A DNA stretch of 64,000 nt from assembly GCA_013265495.1 (NCBI GenBank), contig MU058198.1:756419-820418 (forward strand). Reading direction: 5' to 3'. Positions 25,575 through 37,990 of the stretch are shown piece after piece. How positions within the stretch are numbered: the stretch's first letter is position 1; the number at the start of each line of letters is the position of its first letter. A program made the position numbers and the translations under genes. The stretch is from Vicugna vicugna (lineage: Eukaryota). Below the pieces are notes generated by a model, which saw only the letters and a program-made list of their open reading frames with translations, did no database searches and was not told the DNA's origin.

Positions 25575-26945
25575 AAAGTTCAGAAATGAACCCATACACC
25601 TGTGGTCAGTTGATTTCTGACAAGGGTACCAAGACGATTTAATGGGGAAATAATAGTCTCTTTAACAAATGGTGCTGGGAAAACTGGATGTCTATACGCA
25701 GAATTCAGTTGGACTCTAACCTTATGCCATACACAAAAATTAACTCAAAATGAATCAGAGAGCTAAATAGAAGAGCTAAAACTATACAACTTTTATAGGA
25801 AAACACAGAAGTAAATCTTTATGCTTTTGGATTCAGCAATGGTTTCTTAAATATGAAACCCAAAGCACAAACAACAAAGAAAAATAGAGAAATTGGACTT
25901 CTTCAAAATTAAAAATTTTGCGCATCAAAGGACACCATCAAGAGAGTGAAAAGACAGCTTACATAATGGGAGAAAATATTTGCAAATCCTATGTCTGATA
26001 AGGGGCTAGTATCCCGGGTATACAGTGAATTCTTAAAATTCAATAGTAAAAAGACAAACAACTCAATTTCATAAAGGGCAAGGAACTTAAACAGACATTT
26101 CTCCAAAGAAGACATACCAACTGGCCAACAAGCATATGAAAAGATGCTCAGTGTCGTAGTTATTAGGGAAATGCAAATCAAAAAAGCAGTGAGATACCAT
26201 TTCATACCCATAGGATGGCTGTGATAATAATTTTTAAAGTGGAAAATAACACGTGTTGGCAAGGATGTGGGGAAATTAGAACCCTCATATATTGCTGGTG
26301 GGAATATAAAATGACGCAGCCACTGTGACAAACAATTGGTGGTTTCTCAAGAAGCTATCCATAAAATTACCATATGACCTAGCAATTCCACTCCTAGGTA
26401 TATACCGTAAAAAAAAAAAAAAAAAGGAAAATAAGTGCTCAAACAAAAACTCATACACAGATATTCATAGCAGCTCTATTCACAATAACCAAAAGGTAGA
26501 AACAACTCAAATGTCCATCAACTGATGAATGAATAAACAAAATGTGGTATGACTATGCCACATTCAGGAAAGAAGCACTGAGACATGTTAAAATGTGGAT
26601 GAATCTTGAAGATATTATATGCTAAGTGGAAGAACCCAGACGCAAAAAGCTACTTGTTATATGAAATGTTCAGAATAGGCAAATCTGCAGAGATAGGATC
26701 TACAGGCTAAGAAGACACCGTGGAGACAAAGTAGACTCCTGGACGCTGGGGGCTGGGGGAAGGGAGAACAGTGAGTGATTGCTTAATGCGGTGCAGTTTC
26801 CTTTAAGGGGATGCAAATTGTCTGGAACTAGATAGCGGGGATGGTTGCACAACATTGTAAATGTATCGATGCTACTTAAGTGTACATTTTAAATTGGTTA
26901 AAATAGTAGATTTTGTTATGTGCATTGTACCATAATTTTTTTTTA
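25575..26945 (+). mobile_element. 5'-truncated L1 (L1MB-like): ORF2 3' part and 3' UTR
   Basis: ORF2 motifs aacaaatggtgctgggaaaactgg, catacacaaaaattaactcaaaatg, ccatatgacctagcaattccactcctagg. Confidence 0.9.
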
Positions 26946-27199
26946 ATTGGGGTGATTGGTGACTCTGATGAAAACCCAGTGGGCGGGAAGGGCAACAAGT
27001 CTCCCCAGAGTCAAACTACTCCAAGAGAAGGAAGCGGGAGACTCTCTACAGATGAGGGAGGAGCGAAAGGGGGTGGCGGTGGTTCTGGGGCTGTGAGGTG
27101 GTTGATGGTGAAACTCAACTCAGTCTAGCTCTTTTGGGGACTGTGTTTGTGTCGTGGGGAGGTGGGTGTGTGGCTGACTCTAAAAAGTTGAGTTCAAAG

Positions 27200-27590
27200 T
27201 TGAATTGCAGTGATCACAGCAGGAAGCTTGGATCCCAGTAACCAGAGTAGGAAGTCAGAAGACCCAGTGGTGTCCCGGAAAAGCAGGAGGTAGGCCCTGG
27301 CTTGGTGGCATCACTTGGATCAGCAGAGCTGGGGGCAGCTGGCCCCTGCAGACAAGCCTGTGTTCTCCCATTTGCATTCTCCCTGGGCCCCCCTTTACTC
27401 ACTTTCCCTAAATACTGGGTCCTGCAGGTACATGAGCGTTCCATTCTGCTTCAGTTCGTCCTGCGTCTCTCCCAGCGGCTGGGACATCAGTTCCTGACTG
27501 TCAGCCCAGCCTGTCTGGGTTGTGGCTTCAAGAAGACGAGGGCAAGCAGGTCACCATTTTGGGCACCGATGACCCCTGGATAGACAGGAC
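27200..27590. mobile_element. ERVL LTR remnant (LTR16-like)
   Basis: Degenerate match to recalled LTR16-type sequence (cagcggctgggacatcagttcctgactgtcagccc...ccattttgggcacc). Confidence 0.45.
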
Positions 27591-28904
27591 CACGCCTAGG
27601 AAGGGATACGCTGATCTGAGTGTGCAATGTGTGATACTTGCCTCACCCCGCAATTCCACATCCTAATTCCAGTATAGGTAGCTCTTCCCCAGAGTGTAAA
27701 GCTACTCCTCATTTGAAATGAGTAGAGCCCATTAAACAAGGAACCCCCCCACCCAAGTGGCTGTGTTTAGTAGTTCATCCAAAGAGCTGAGCCAGGAGAC
27801 CATTCTCCTGAGGACGTGTTTCTCATGATGGCTCACAGCGTGCTTTGGGACTTTAACTTCTCTTTCAAAATATATATAAAATATGAAGGTCACTCACTTC
27901 CAGTGCTGGAACCGCCCTGTGAGGAGCATCTCCCCCGGGAAGTGGAGAAGGAGGGGAGGAAGCAGGAAGGGGAGCGTGTGAGCAGCTGTGGTGTTTCTGT
28001 GTCTCTACTGCTTTTTCGCCTTAGAGTCCCAGGTCACCCAGGACTGGGTCACCCATCTGCATCTTTGCGCAAGCTGGTGTGTCTCCCCAGAACACCATTG
28101 CCCTCCACCAGCCTCCTCTCTATGGCCGACTACAGTTCTTCCTTCCACACTCAGCCCAGAGGCCATCTGGGCTGTTTGCTGACCTCTCCAGGCTGAGCTC
28201 CAGGCCCCCTCTGTTCCCGTGTCCTCACGGACATCCTTACTCTTACCACACCTTGGTGGCCTTGCTCCTGTGTACTCTGTGTCTCCTCCTTGACTCTTAA
28301 GTCCCTCGAGGGAAGCTGGAACAGTCTACCTATGTTTGAATCCCAGCTCCACCATTTCCTAGCTCTGAGACTCAGCAAACCACTTAAGCTCACTTTCCTT
28401 ATCTGTAAAATGGGGATAATCATTCCTGCCTGGTTTTGGTTTTTAACATTTGTAAAACACTTAAGCAATGCCCGGGACATAAGTGTTCAATAAATATGAG
28501 CCGTAGTAATAATTTAAAATAACTATTATTACAGTCACCATCAATTCTCTCTTAATTCCCAATGTCCAGTATGCAGTAGGCACTCAGTCAATCGAACGAA
28601 GCTGTGGTTAACATATCAACTCTGATTAATCTAGAACTCTGCTGTCCAGTACAACAGCTACCAGCTGTATGTGGCTATTGAGCACTTAAAATGTGTCTAG
28701 TGCAACTTGAGATGTGCTGTAAGTATAAAGTACACACCAGATGTTGAAGACTTAGTATGGAAAAAAAAAGTAAAGTACCTCATAAATAATATTTTACATT
28801 GATTACATGTTGAAGTGATATTATTTTGGACCTTTTAGGTTAAATAAAATATATTCTTAAAAATAATCTTGTTAGTTTATTTCACATTTTAAAATGAGAC
28901 TGCA

Positions 28905-30041
28905 CTAGAAATACCATATAATCTGGCAACTCTACTTCTGGGTACTTACCCTCAGAAAACAAAAACACTAATTCAGAAAGATATATACAGTCCTGTGTTC
29001 ATGCAGCAGTAAATACAGTCGCCCAGACAGGGAACAATTGAAGTGTCCACTGATAGATGAATGAATAGAGAAGACGTGATACGTGTGGTATGTATACACA
29101 CACAGGCAGACCTTGCTTTCTTGCACTTTGCAGATACTGTGTTTTTTTTTTTTTTTTTTTACAAACTGAAGATCTGTGGCAACCTTGTGTGGATCAAGTC
29201 TAGTGGTGCCATTTCTCTAACAGCATTTGCTCACTTCATGTCTCTGTGCCATTCTCGGTCATTCTTGCAATATTTCAAACTTTTTTTTATTATTATATCT
29301 GTTATGGTAATTTGTGATCAGTGATCTTCGATGTTACTCCTGTAATTGTTTTTTTGTTTTGTATTTTTAAATTAAGATATGTACTTTTTTAGACGTGTTA
29401 TTGCACACTTAATAGATTACGTATAGTGTAAACATAACTTTAAACTGGGAAACCAAAAAATTTGTGCTGCTTGCTTTATTTCAGTATTTTCTTTATTGCA
29501 GTGGTCTGGGACTGAACTCAAAGTATCTCCAGGGTATGCCAACACAATGGAATATTACTCTGCCATAAAAAAGAACGATATCTTGCCATTTATGACAACA
29601 CAGATGGAGCTAAAGGGTATTATGCTGAGTGAAATAAGTCAGACAGCAAAAGACAAATACTGTATGATTTCACTTATATGTGGAATTAAAAAAAAACTAA
29701 TGAAAAACAAAACAAAACAGAAACAGACTCAAAGACAGAACAAATTGGCGGTTGCCAGAGGGGAGATGAGTGGAGGAGATGGGCAAACATAGGTGAAGGG
29801 GATTAAGAGGTATGGACTTCCAGTTACAAAATAAATAAGTCATGGGGATACAATATGCAACAGAAGGAATAAAGTCAGTAATACTGTAATAATTTTGTAT
29901 GGTGACAGATGGTTACTAGACTTATTGTGATCATTTCATAATTTTGTATATTTAAATGTCAAATTACTGTATTGTGCACCTGAAACTAACATAATGCTGT
30001 ATGTCAATACTACTTAATAAATAAATAATTTAAAAAATAGT
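28905..30041 (+). mobile_element. L1 3' fragment inside the MER33
   Basis: TSD AAAATGAGACTGCA (28891-28904) / AAAACGAGATTGCA (30042-30055); ORF2 C-terminal remnant [10 protein letters not shown]. Confidence 0.85.
29103..29540 (+). mobile_element. Tigger1-derived MITE (Tigger1a_Art-like) inside the L1
   Basis: Ends caggcagacc...ggtatgcc; Tigger1 motifs acaaactgaagatctgtggcaacc and gtgatcagtgatcttcgatgttact. Confidence 0.85.
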
Positions 30042-30337
30042 AAAACGAGATTGCAAGGAAATTTAAAATTACACGTGTAGTTACATCCCTATTGGACAGC
30101 ACAGACCTAGAGTGTTCTCAGCCTACTATTAATTAATATAGCAAACCTTCATGCAACCTCATTCACTCTCAAATGTTACATAAACTTTAGGGGTAGAGAT
30201 AATTCATTTAGAACAACCATTCATTTAGAATCAAAAGTACATCCAGGTGGTTCGTAAAGGATTTTCCTCACAGGGTTAACAAGCTAATGTGTAGAAGTAT
30301 GTGGAAAGGGAACGAAAGCTTTGCGGGGATTTTCCAG

Positions 30338-30449
30338 GTTCGCTGTGATCCTGAGATCCAAGGATTGCGGCAATGGCAGAAGAAACTGCGCGAGGACAAG
30401 TACATCCGCCAGCGAGTCAACGCTTTCTGGGCCAAACAGGAACAAAAAG
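30338..30449 (+). CDS. IQCK: IQCK penultimate coding exon (112 nt, phase 0 start, phase 1 end): [37 protein letters not shown]
   Basis: Flanked by ttttccAG (30336-30337) and GTcagt (30450). The peptide closely matches my recollection of the human IQCK C-terminal region ([37 protein letters not shown]). Its final G joins the last exon in frame. Confidence 0.93.
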
Positions 30450-32709
30450 GTCAGTTGCTTGATTCACAGCCCTTAGTTTTTGCAGGAAAAGCTTGGCTCT
30501 TATCGCAGACTCGGGAAGAAGCCCTTGTGTCTGCATGGAACTCAATTTGGGTAGGGAGGTGGCGGCAGATGACGATTGTGCTCTGGAAGGTCAGAGGTGA
30601 TGCGATGTAATTTGCATGGCCATTCCCCTCACCCAGGGACACGTTCAGTGTCAGGATACATGTCTGCGGGTCTTTTTTTTTTTTTTTAAAGATACAAGAC
30701 ATCAGGAATAACCCATCATTTTGGACACATGTGGTGGGTAGTTCTTCTAAGTTGTCGATTTTGTATCTGAACTTCAATGGCGCTTTATGCTGTCCTTTCC
30801 CCTTTTCTGAGAAATTAAACACACACACACATTAAAGTACTAAGAAGAACAGAACAAGCACCCATCACCTGTCACATGTCACCATTTTGTCCTATCTGCT
30901 TCCCTCCTTTTTTATTTTTAAACTTTATATTACTATGTATTTGTGGTAGGAAAATTAGAAAAGCAATAGTCAGGAAAGGGGGGAAAAATTAGAAGTCCCA
31001 GTACTGTTAATATTTTGGTGCACATCCTGCTGTACTGTTCCCAGTACAGAAAGATGCGATTAAATATGTATTCACATTTTATTAAAAATGGGTTTTTACA
31101 TCGTTACATTCTGTTACATGTACATCTGTACATTCTGATGTATGACCTACCCTGACACGGAGCAAACTCAGAACGTCCTTCCAATCAGCTTCCAGAGAGA
31201 GGCAGCGTGGTATGGATTTAGCATCATTTATTTAGCCAACAACACAGGATGAGATTCATGATATATTATCAAATGGAAGGAAATTGCAGAACCGTTAAGT
31301 TTTCATCCGTATTAAAAATAGGCATATGGAAACAGATGTCTGCACAGCCTGGGAGAACACATTAATGGTAGTTACCTATAGGAATTTGGACTAGGGGAAA
31401 TCTTGCACTGTTGGAATCTTTTAAATAATCACAGTACTTTACAATTATGAAAACCTATGGAAGAAAGATCAGACCTACCTTAGCTGGCTACAGGCCATGC
31501 ATGCTCTCACCATCCATGCTCTTACCTCCCCATCCTCCCGTCCCTGCCCCCTTGACTAGGCTGCAGCCTCTCCCATCTCTTGTTCTGCGAACGCCTTCCT
31601 CGCTGCCGCCGCCAACGGGACTCTGCACTTTCTGTTTCTTTTCTGCCAAATCACCCTTCCTTGGCGGTTCTGTGGCCACTTCTTCTCATTTTCCAGGCCC
31701 TGGGGCATTGTCTCCTCAGAGGGGCCTTCCCCAGTTGCCCCACCTAAAGGGACCAGGAACCGGTATACTGAGCCATCTCAACATGGTGGAGTCTAAACAA
31801 GTTTTCTTTTCTCCCCAGAAACTGTCTTCAACCCTGTTCTGTCCAATCTCTCTCTCCAGTCCCTTCATGGCACACTGGGTGGATTTTATGTCTTTTAAGG
31901 ATGTTCTGATTTCATAAATTTTGGCCCAGGTAAAAACCTCAATCTCAGATCCAGTTTAATGCTTACCCACCTGCCTCTGCTCTGCCTCAGTGGGGTTGGC
32001 GGTGGGGGAGAGAACTGTCTGTTTTCCCAACTCTGTCCTTTCCTCTTCCAAGCCCCTTGCTCCTTCTGTGGGTTTTGGGGGGGAAGTATAGAGATACCAG
32101 GGCATCCATCGTGACCCTCTCTTCGCTGCTGCTGTTTCTCTGGCAGAGGCTGCCTGGCCAGCATGTCCTGTGGGCAGGCATCCACGTGCTGCTCTCTGAC
32201 TCCTGTATCTCGTATGAGTTCTTCCTCGGGGGAGACGGCAGGTGGCCCACCTCCCCTGCAGGGACCTGGCTCTGGCTCTCCCTCTTCCCCCACCACCCCA
32301 AGTCCCACCTCTGCTAGTCCACTCCCAGCCTTTTGCTCTTGGGGTCTCCTTACCCAATGGCTAGCCCTGCTGAGGGGGGAGCAGGACAACAGAAAGATAG
32401 TTTATGTCACCTCCCAGGGTCCACTTGACCCAGAGGAAGCCAATGGTGGACATGCAGACTTCTCCAGCGCCCTCTTTTCTCCACCCCAGCACGTCTCCCC
32501 AGCTCACACTGAACCTGCCCAGAGAGGCACAGGAGGGTGAAGTGTATGCACATCTGCCCTAAAGGAGATGCCCAGCCAGATAATGAGACACCCCCAGCCT
32601 TCCTGAGTTGTTCTCTTGGGTGCTCCCTTCCTTGTCTTAGGGCTTGGGTGGGGGAAGCACCCACTCTTGGCTAAGAGAGGCGAGAAAAGCACAGCACTCT
32701 CCTTCAGGC

Positions 32710-32966
32710 CAGCAGCTCTCAACCTTGTTGGACTGTGAATCATTAAGAAATAGCTTTATGTCACAATCCAGTACATATGAATCTACAGATGGTTTCATAT
32801 ATACATAAATAAAACAAAAGCTTAAAGAAAAAATTGACTTATATGGAATGCTCTTTGGCATTTTCTATTCTATTGAGTTTTTTATTTTTTTAACGCAGGA
32901 CATGATTCAGTAAATTGATTTCGTGGCCCACTAATGTCTCTTTACTCGTGGTTTGAAGCGTACTGC
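32710..32966. mobile_element. hAT-Charlie MITE (Charlie4z-like)
   Basis: cagcagctctcaacc...ttctattctatt...aaattgatttcgtggcccactaatg...gtttgaagcgtactg; appears to be the opposite orientation of the element at 44891. Confidence 0.6.
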
Positions 32967-33124
32967 ATTGGTTCACTCCTGCCCGGCTGGTGCAATTTCT
33001 TCTCGCCCTTTCCTTCCCATGGTCATCCACTTAGGTGGTGGCTGGGCCCCTTCTTCATAAACGGCGATTCTCAGTGTTGGCTGCACATTTGGATCCCCTC
33101 AGGAGCTTTCTGAAAATACCAATG

Positions 33125-34425
33125 CTATTGACTTAAAATCCTAGAAGCAATGAGCATTTGTAGTACCCAGATCTTGGTTCCTAAGCACCTCTCATTCTAA
33201 ATGGAATTAGGATTTTTATTTTTTGAGAAACGGTCCATTCCAGGGCTGGGGCAAGGAGAGTAGAAAATGAGCGCAGAACAGGTTATGCCAGAAAAATGAT
33301 GGCCACGTGGGGAAAGAAAACAGGCTGCAGCTTGAAGGAAGCCTCACTGGGCAAATCGGGGACAATTTAAGTGTCAAAAGTAACAGTGACGGTAATGAAT
33401 TGTAACTCACTGACTAAAATGAAAATCTAAATGTTCCTATAGATATAAAATAAAGAAACAAACAAATGTGGGGGAAGAGGAAGCTTTTCCTTACGTTCGA
33501 GTGCCAACTCATATATTTAGGAGGTATAATGAAATTAGCAAGTCACCATTTTGTAGCCATATTAGTAAATAACTGAATCAGGCAAGAACCATCAGTAGAC
33601 ACTAAACTATTGATCACTCAGTTTCACCTTCACAAGCTTGATGAGGAATACGATTTTTATAGTCTCAAAGTATCGCTCCATGAATTGGTCATTAACACAA
33701 GGGGGAAAATAGTAATTTTGCGTTAGGGAAACCTGGCAGACCCACCTTAACCAAGTGCTGAAGATTAATATCACCAATAATGGGACAAAATGACATCACA
33801 TACCCCCCAGTATGATACACTGAGAAAGACCCACGTCACATACACTTATGCATGAGTCCTGTCAAAAGTGCGTAACTTGAATCTAATCACGAGGAACCAT
33901 CAGATAAACCCCAACGGAAGGACACGCTCCAAAAATAACTGATTTGGACTCATCCAAAATGCCAGTGTCAAGAAAGACAAAGATTAAAGGAGACCAAAGA
34001 GATGTAACGGCTAAATACAGTGTGTGATCTTAGACTGGATCCTGGATGGGGAAATATTCTATAAAAGATACTATTGAGACAATTAGCAAACTTTGAATAT
34101 GGGCTTTATGTTAGATAATGGTACATAGCACTATCAAATTTCCTGATTTTGATCAATGTTCTCAGGCTGTATCAGAAACCTCCTAATTCTTAAGCTACAT
34201 GCTGAAGGTTTCAGGGATCAAGGGATATGATCTGTAGCTTAATTTCAAATGACTCCGAAGAAGATAATGTGTAACACACATGCTCACATACGCATACACA
34301 CGGAGAGAAAGTCATCATGTAAATACAATGAAGTCTAAATAATGGTGAATCTGAGTGTTTCGGACAATGATTACAACTTTTCTATAAATTCAAAATTGTA
34401 TCAAAATTATAAGCTAAAAAAAAAT
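33125..34425 (+). mobile_element. Old L1 (L1MC/MD-like) 3' UTR inserted in a MER5-like MITE (~33063-34532)
   Basis: L1MC/D motifs gggaaacctggcagacccaccttaaccaagtg and gactggatcctgga. MER5 halves on both sides; degenerate TSD aaaataccaatgc / aaaattgccagtgc. Confidence 0.75.
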
Positions 34426-37159
34426 TGCCAGTGCCGCATCTCCAGAAATTCCAACTTGATGGTTTGGGAACGGGCCCCAGGGATGCAAGTTAAGTTTCGC
34501 CAGTTGTAACGGTCAGCCCGAGCTGAGACCCTAAGGAGATGCCACGATCCCCAAATGGTTTGTGTTCTCTTTAAAGTGCAGACAGAGTCCTCTAGGCCTG
34601 CGTGTCCTCAACGAGAGGCAACAAGAGAAATCCTACTGATGCGTGATTGTACCTCCGTTATTTGCTTACTTGGCAGTTCTATGCCTGCCTCTCTGAAGCG
34701 TAAGCGCCGTGAGGACCAAGGCCTTGTCCTAGCACAGCGGCTGGCGCAGAGTGAGCACGGAACACATTCCGCTGGACGAATAAGCGAGCGCGTGAATGAA
34801 TGAATGAATGGACAGAGTTCTGGGGCTTATCTGAGCCCGCCTGCGGACAGAGCCTGGTGCAGAGCCTGGGCTCATCAAATTGGCAGTTTCAGTGTCCCTT
34901 GCTAAGAGGCGGCTCCAGCTGGCACGGTTTGGAGGCTCCGCACAAGCCTCTGGTCCGTGCACAACTGCCGGTTCATTTCACTGCAACATTAGAAGACAAT
35001 CAAGGCTGTAATCAGTTGAAAGGTCAGGGAGAGTGCAGCCTGCCTATTTATTTTTGCTGTTACGTAAGCTTTTGAGTTGATTTGCTGTGGGCTCCCTGAT
35101 AGGTTTGGCATGCTCTGGAGCAGGGAGAGCAGCCGGGATTTGATGCGGTAATCCGGCCCGCGGCGGAGGGGGAGGGAACGCCTTCCTGACTCCAGCACCT
35201 GCTGCCCACGTCCCTTGCCGCCTTTCCTCCTTTCTCTTTCCAGGGCTCCAGAAGGTAGCAGTGCTTTCCAGACAAGATGAGAGTTTCAGTAAATGCCCCG
35301 AGGTGAACTCATGGGTAAATTTTCCATTTCCGGTGAGGCTGTGAAACAGCCCGGGAGGGAAAAAGCCAGTTCTAAACACCACCCCCAGATCTGTGGTCAG
35401 TTAAGAAGGAAGTCACGGCAGCACAGTGGGTGAAGGACTGGGTTCTGGAGTTGGCCAGACCTGCCCTTGGGATCCTTTTACTTTTATCTGTGTGACCCTG
35501 ATCTAGTTAACTTCAGTTAGCCTCAGTATTCCCTTATGCAGAATGGGACTGATAATAGTCCTGTCTCATGCAGTTGTTAAAGGATTACCAGAGATGATCT
35601 TTAGAGCAAGTCCTGGCACATAGTTCCCATAAATGTTAGCTGTCATTATTAAAATATGCATGTGCTTCAAGCAATTTTGTATCAATTTCCTCCACTAGGC
35701 TCGAAGTTCCACGGGGTTCCACGTGGGGACTGTGTTGTCTTATCCATCATGGTGTCCTCACACTGAGCACAGAGCCTGGCACAGAGCAGGTGGTCTGTAC
35801 GTATCTGGTGGACGGAGCTCTGGGTTTCGTTTTACAGATGAATAAGTAGAGGGCCAGGAAGGTCGAGGGCCTTGCTGAGGTCCCACAGCCAGTGCAGGAG
35901 CCACGGCTGGGGCCCAGGCAGCCCCTTTCTCTGCCTAGTGTTCTCCTATTCCCCAGGGAGAGACGCAGAGAGACAAGATACTCGCTTGGATTCTTCCGTG
36001 AGACCCAGACCTCTCAGGAATCCTCCTGAACATGACATATGGCTTCTCTGATTTCTCATGACCTGGGCTGTAGGTTCTTTCTCTCGGTGTTTGCACTGAC
36101 TGTAGCCCCTGGGTAGGGGCTGAGTTGCCAGGAGCAGGGTACAACCTGCTGCCCATCGAGTGCCGTCGAACTTCTTGCCCCTTTCAGGTGTCACCGGGCT
36201 GAATCATTTTAAGTTGTGCACTAAGGAGTTACTTCCTGTTTTAAACCTTATGAATCTGGGTCATGAAGAGGTTTAGAAAACAGATCCCCCCACCAGCCAA
36301 GGGGACACCCTAGGGAGACCCCAAAGACTTCCGATGCAGCAATTTGAAACTGAATGTTAAGCACATGTAGTTCTCCTTTAGATTTGCAGTAAAGAAAAAT
36401 AGTGGAGTGACTGCACATAAAAATGGTTTTTCACCTTCATCTAAGAAAACTACAAACTCATGTATGTACAAATCCAGCAAACAAATATAATATTTTATAC
36501 ATATATATATATTTATTTATTTATTTAGTGGATTCCATTTTATCCATATTGTACTCTGGTATTTATAGTATGAATAAATTTTGCCAAGTTCATTCCTTGT
36601 AGCAACGTTGATGCAGACAGGAGGTCTGAGGGAGAGGAGCATCAGCTGTCGGGTTAGAGCTGTGGTCATATATAGCCTGTCTCATGTTACACTTGAGTCA
36701 GGGGCGTCTCCCACACAGGATTTTCCTCTAGGACAGAAACGGTGTGAAGGCATCCTGAAGTCTCTATCCATCGGGACAGTTGCAGGAATTATTTTTAAAA
36801 CGTGTGTAGCAAGAATTACGGCCAGTGTGATCCAAACTGAAAGAAGACGCCAAGTCATTTCTGAGATGTGGTCAAAAATCCCTTCTTGATTAATAGCATA
36901 TTTTTAACTTCATATAGTTAATAATTGTCTTCAAATGTGCTTTGTGACGGAATATTCATGTTTTGTTTGGAAATACAGCATGAGTAGGGAGAACGAAGCC
37001 ATAGAAATTATTCCTGTAGCCTCAAATTGTATTTATTATACATATGTCAGATTACAGGCTTCATATCTATGTGTTTATTCTGTATATTTGTGTAAATACT
37101 CTTTGAATGACTTTATCACTTCTTTCTGATATTTTAAAGAAAGGGGGGGAGACCAAAAT

Positions 37160-37720
37160 AGATGGTTTACTTTTGTTTGCTTACCTCATTCCAAGAGCAG
37201 TTTGTAGTAGCTTACAGAAACACATTTAATATAACATTTTACAGTAAATGTAGTAGTTGGATTAAGGAAAAATTAAGAGTAGAGGAGAAAGGAAAGCCAT
37301 TGAACGCAGTAAGCAAAATACTTACTCCAAGGCCTGTACTTGCTGGAGATTTCTTAGGGACAAAGCAAAGAGGGAAGTCAGGTCTGCTACATAATTTATA
37401 GTGTCTATAAAAAAAAAGACAAGCCAGGTGTTCCAGAAACACTGGGCCCTTCCCTAATACATTATGCACTGAGAATAATAACATCAAAAATGTTCCTACA
37501 AGAAGTAGAAATGTGGCTCTCAGCTTCCTAGAAGCCACAGCAATGAAGGAAATAGGATCATTACATTGTTTATTGTGTTCTGAAGATTTCAAAAGTTTCT
37601 TGGAAACACGCTTATTCCTGGAACTGCTTTTTCTCTCATAAAGAAGCCACTGTGACATAGTGAACAGCATCCTTTCCCTGAATATAACAGGTTTCTTAAA
37701 GTGGCATTTGCTTCCAGAGG
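37160..37720 (-). mobile_element. Ancient L4/RTE-X-like LINE remnant (opposite-orientation 3' end also at ~48960-49150)
   Basis: acctcattccaagagcagtttgtagtagcttaca resembles the recalled L4 3' terminus. Confidence 0.45.
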
Positions 37721-37856
37721 GAAAAGATGAAAGCTAGGGGGCGGGGATAGGATAGAAACCAGAGAAGTTTCTCTTCCTGATTTTAAATCTAGTATTTAAA
37801 AACTTGATTGTAATGACACATCTTAACTATTAGGGTTGTGTTTTAAGGTTAGTCTT

Positions 37857-37990
37857 TTTTTTTTTTTTCTCTTTTTGCTGGAGGGACTAGGTAATTAGGC
37901 TTGTTTTTTTAACAGAGCTACTGGGAATTGAACCCAGGACCTTGTACATGCTAAGCATGTGCTCTACCACTGAGCTATACCCTCCCCGCC
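37857..37990 (-). mobile_element. Camelid tRNA-derived SINE (vic-1 type), full length
   Basis: Reverse complement reads GGCGGGGAGGGTATAGCTCAGTGGTAGAGCACATGCTTAGCATGTACAAGGTCCTGGGTTCAATTCCCAG, with A and B boxes and a tRNA-Ala-like body, then an A-rich tail. TSD GTTAGTCTT at 37848-37856 and 37991-37999. Confidence 0.9.

Larger units (their letters stand above)
28637..30104. mobile_element. MER33-like hAT-Charlie MITE split by an L1
   Basis: Ends ctctgctgtcc...ggacagcacag. Target sites atctagaa / acctagag fit the NTCTAGAN preference. MER33 body continues across the L1. Confidence 0.8.

Noticed and set aside
30287..30337. N-terminal part of ORF 30287..30610 as an independent gene start
   Set aside because: IQCK similarity begins exactly at the AG acceptor (30338); upstream codons are intronic.
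37920..37990. tRNA-Ala gene
   Set aside because: Has an A-rich tail, TSDs and a degenerate acceptor stem; it is a SINE.
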